NCBI GenBank assembly: GCA_026770705.1
Contig: JANJGN010000071.1
Span: forward strand, 2,418,001-2,482,000
Direction of reading: 5' to 3'
Length of the DNA: 64,000 nt
Origin: Isurus oxyrinchus
Taxonomy: Eukaryota
The translations under genes and the position numbers were made by a program. The notes beneath the pieces were generated by a model. The model was given only the letters and a program-made list of their open reading frames with translations, was not told the DNA's origin and did not search any database. Positions 59,974-64,000 of this stretch are shown here, in pieces. How positions within the stretch are numbered: position 1 is the stretch's first letter; every line of letters begins with the position of its first letter.

Positions 59974-60255
59974 ATTCCACAGTGATGGTTATGAATCCCT
60001 CCACTGCTCCATGTTCATTCTCTGCCACACACTGATAGTCTCCAGTGTCCCTGAATGTAACGTGATAAATCACCAACCACAGCTCATTGTTGGAACATGT
60101 TCTGTTCATTGGGACATTAAGATGTTGCCACGTCAGGTTAGATGCTGGGAAGCTCGCGACAGAGCAGATTATCACTGCCGAATTCCCCTCAATTATATTG
60201 ATCGATGAAGCATTAATCATATCAAGAAAATTAATTGAGAAATTCTGTGGTGCAT
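59974..60255 (-). CDS. Siglec-like gene C second C2/I-set exon
   Basis: 282 nt, phase 1-1, intact; donor lies next to an N-gap. Confidence 0.9.
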
Positions 60256-60389
60256 CTATAAACAAATAAACATCAATTAACTTAAACTGACTGTGAAGCA
60301 CTTTGAAAGACACTGAGAATGTGAAAGGTATGATATCAATGTAGGTTCTTTCACCACAAAGCCCGTAATCCAGGCAGAGACTTCAGTTC

Positions 60390-60880
60390 AGTACTGAGGG
60401 AGTGCTGCACTGTCAGAGGGTCAGTACTGAGGGAGTGCTGCACTGTCAGAGAGTCAGTACTGAGGGAGTGCTGCACTGTCAGAGAGTCAGTACTGAAGGA
60501 GCACTGCACCGTCAGAGGTTCAGTACTGAGGGAGCGCGGCACTGTCAGAGGGTCATTACTGAGGGAGTGCTGTACTGTTGGTGGGTAAGTACTGAGGGAG
60601 TGCTGCACTGTCAGAGAGTCAGTACTGAGGGAGTGCTGTACTGTCAGAGGTTCAGTACATAGGGACAGCTGCACTGTCTGATGGTCAGTACAGAGGGGGT
60701 GCTGCACTGTCGGAGGGTCAGAACTGGGGGGGTGCTGCAGTGTGGGAGGGCCAGTTCTGAGGGAGCACTGCACTTTTGAAGGGTCAGTACTGAGGGAGTG
60801 CTGCACTATAGAAGGTTCAGTACTGAGGGAGTGCTGCAGTGTTGGAGAGTCAGTATTCAGGGACTGCTGCAGTGTCAGAG
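60390..60880 (-). repeat. 33-bp SINE-derived minisatellite
   Basis: Directly visible. Confidence 0.88.
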
Positions 60881-61000
60881 GTGAATTTGTATCAGTTAAA
60901 GACTGTTGATTTGTTGTTAAACACAATGCAGTTGTGGGATCTTGCAATGTGCTATGTAGAGCTTTTTAGCTAATGTAGAATGAAGGGTGTCCGTTCTTAC

Positions 61001-61297
61001 CTTGCACAGTTAGTACGAGGGTCTGCTCCGATGAAACAGATGGATATCTCACTCTGCAGCTGAGACTGTGTCCGTGGTGTTTGGGTGATGGGATCAGGGT
61101 CAGAACAGAAGTATAGGTCAGAGTGACACCATGCTGAGTTACAGTGTTTGAGACTGATCCAGGTACGTCAGTGGGAGTGTCCCAGGTTAAGACAGGTGCT
61201 GCTGTTCCATTGCACGTTGTGTTGAAGGTGCAGCTTACATCCACACGCTTTCCTGCAATAATTTCAGCAGGGAATATCGTGGGTTTATCTGTGAAAT
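61001..61297 (-). CDS. Siglec-like gene C first C2-set exon
   Basis: 297 nt, phase 1-1; 5 aa differences from the gene A copy. Confidence 0.92.
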
Positions 61298-61874
61298 CTA
61301 ACAGACAGAGAATGGATCCTTTTAGAGAAATATAACGTGAAGCATCAGTTCAAATAGAAACCACAGTCCCACAAGAGAAAGCACTTTTACAAGGATGATA
61401 TCAGAACTGAGAGGTTACAATGATCAGGAGAGAATTTCCTGCTTTGAGACTTTGGTGTTTCTGTCTCTCAGCTTAATGCATGTTCACTCCAAAAAACTTG
61501 AACTGATAATAGTGGGTGAGGGTGGAGGAGCAGACCAGAGTTTGGAGTGCACTACCCCATCATTCACCCAGCGATCTGGGCCATTTGTTACTTTGCAATT
61601 TGTGGGAGCTTGCTGTGTGCAAATTGGCTGCTGTGTTTCTCACATTACAACAGTAAATACAATTCAGGAATCAGCTCATTGGCTGTGAAGTGATTTGGTA
61701 CATTCTGAGGTGGTGAAAGGTGCTATAGAAATGTGAATCTTACTTCTGTCGATATGTCGGACTTCGAGACAGGATTAGAGATTGATGGGAGTGGATAACC
61801 TGATAACATTGATGGACCAGTCAATATATTTAATCATTGATATTAAAGTGAGTATTAGAGGTTGCTTTCGGACT

Positions 61875-62745
61875 GTGGAGTGTGGAGCGTGTGTTGGAAC
61901 AGTCGAGTCTGGAGGTAATGAAGGCGTGGATGAGGGTTTCAGCAGCAGATGAGCTGAGACAGGGTGATGTCGTGCGATGTTACGGAGGTGGAAATAGACG
62001 GTGTTAGTGAGGGTGCAGATATGAGGCCGGAAGCTCATCTCAGGATCAAATGGGACAACAAAGCTGTGAACAGATTGGCTTCAATCTCAGAGAGCTGCCA
62101 GGGAGAGGAATGGAGTTGGTAGCAAGGGAACAGAGTTTGGAGCGGGGAATGCAGGCAATGGCTTCAGTCTTTCCAATATTTAATTGGAGGGAATTTCTGC
62201 CCATCCAGTACTGGATGTCGGATAAGCAGCCTGATAATTTAGCAGCAGTGGAGGAGTCGAGAGAGGTGGTGGTGAGGTAGAGCTGGGGATCCTCAGTGGA
62301 CAGGTGAAAACTAACACTGTTCAGATGATGCTGCAAAGCCATTGCAAGTGATTCTCTGGCTACGATGAGATGGATAAGAATGGAGCCAGGGGAGAGCAGT
62401 CCCACCCAGCTGGACGACAGTGGAGAGGTGTTGGAGGAGGATGGTGTGGTCGAGCGTGTCAAAGGCTGCAGACAGATCGAGAAGGACGAGGAGGGAAAGT
62501 TGACCTTTGTCACAGTCACACAGGATGCCATTTGTGACCTTGATAAGAGCTGTTTCAGCACAGTGGCTGGGGTGGGAACCTGATTGGAGGGATTCAAAGA
62601 TGGAGTTCCGGGAAAGATGGGAACGGATTCGGGAGATGGAAACACGTTCAAGGACTTTGGAGGGTAACGAGAGGCTGGAGATGGGACGGGGGTTTACACG
62701 GACAGTGTGAGGGGTGGAAGGTGTAGTGGGGAGAAGACACTTCAC
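61875..62745 (-). mobile_element. L2 LINE fragment shared with the gene A intron
   Basis: Near-identical to 37275-38144. Confidence 0.88.
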
Positions 62746-62965
62746 TCAGGGGGGAGGTGTCATCACCCCTCAGCTCGGTTTACGTTACAGCTATGATGTG
62801 GATTCAGTCACACACAATAAGCTCATGGATCTGGGAGCAGAAATAGACAAATCATTAAAAATAGTGATGCTGGTTAACACGGCCAAAAAACAAGCAAATC
62901 AAACACTATTATTTCCCATTGAGTGTTGGATGTGAATTGTTGAGTAATTATAACACAGAAATTAC

Positions 62966-63340
62966 CAGAAACGTGAAGCTGGGTTTCAGGACGGTCGTTG
63001 TATCTATTCCTGTTGTCAAATTCTATTCTGAAATAATAATATCCTTCATCTCCCCATCTGATGTTGTTTATAAACAGGGAACAGTGACCATCTTTCAGGT
63101 CTCCAGACAGCTGAGTCCGATGGTGGAACCGTGGTAACTTGCGATTATGATCCTTGGAGTGAAAGGCTATAGACCATTCATTCCATGTTTCCCAATTCCT
63201 TCTCATATACCAGATTCCGACAGGTGATCTCGATACTAAATATGATGGATAACTGTAATGACATGGAATCTGTACACACAAACCTTCCTGCGCTGTCACC
63301 TCTCGTGGAGTGTCACCTTTCCACTCTTGTGGTAGTCCAG
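62966..63340 (-). CDS. Siglec-like gene C V-set exon with essential Arg (YYYFRIEF)
   Basis: 375 nt, phase 1-1; CVQIPC / GIW / GHCSL / YYFR Siglec signature; signal exon not found within the window. Confidence 0.93.
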
Positions 63341-64000
63341 CTAGGGAGAGAAATATCAATATTTAACTCTGAATGTTTTGTCAATCCACTAGACTTGATA
63401 TCCACCCCCTCCTTCACTGGGGCACAGTGGCTGCAGTCTGGACTCACAATGAGTGCCCCAAGGTTTCACAACACAATGAAGAGTATCCTGGACACAGGAG
63501 TGGACAAGTTCATTCTACATTGGCTCATGGCCCTCAGGAACATGTTTAGTTAACCCAGTCTTCCACCCAACACAGTGTCTACAAGACGCACTAATTGAAG
63601 TGAGTTCACTGCTGATTTACAACGTAGGACAATGGATTAGGAGCCTTCAGAATTCCCCCATTATCACCATCATGAATCATGAATTGGCCTAGCTGTCCAA
63701 GATCCTCAGTGTCTAAGGCAGTGGTTCCTATTGTGATGAAAGTATAATAATTTTCATAATATTTTATAGTATATTGTGAAGTAGGTTTATGGGGGTACGC
63801 ATGATGGGTCTGCATGTGATTTAAGTACATTTGGAGTTAATTAGATTGGAAGTTTAAAATGATCAAAAGGAGCTAGGTGCTTGACATGCTATTGAGGAAA
63901 CATGGATGCTGCTTAGCATGGAAGGTATGACGAGAATTTGCATTTTTCTATCAATGAAGGGGTTGTTGGATTTCAAAGGAATCTTAGCTTGTTTACAACT

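Noticed and set aside
63341-64000. Signal-peptide exon of gene C
   Set aside because: No MIGKSYFLL-like exon found; intron homology ends at about 63590 and the exon is presumably beyond the window

Overview
Vertebrate genomic DNA, most likely a shark or other cartilaginous fish. This is inferred from the Deu-type SINE, CR1 and L2 LINE families and the retroposon-derived minisatellites; the window has four N-gaps. It is a repeat-dense immune locus. (1) A complete 3-exon hepcidin (HAMP-like) gene lies on + (18688-22806) and is invisible in the ORF track. Its 88-aa prepropeptide has the 8-Cys motif, but the mature peptide (MGRQQRCRFCCNCCNWREPNETCGICCRF) lacks the ferroportin-binding N-terminus and has an expanded, potentially glycosylated loop. 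(2) Three Siglec (MAG/CD22/CD33-like) genes lie in tandem on -, and look like a paired-receptor system. Gene A (44057-29760) is V-C2-C2 with a TM arginine, a very short tail and no essential sialic-acid Arg. Gene B (51884-47326) has the same activating architecture but is a pseudogene. Gene C (63340-55235, 5' end beyond the window) is V-C2-C2-C2 with a neutral TM and a tail bearing three YxN motifs and a terminal ITIM-like SVYGNL. Gene A is a mosaic, with a C-like ectodomain region and B-like 5' and 3' ends. (3) A fourth Siglec-like gene on + (gene D) is cut inside its V exon by Gypsy sequence. All exon models were built by hand from GT-AG sites and phase; none is transcript-verified.
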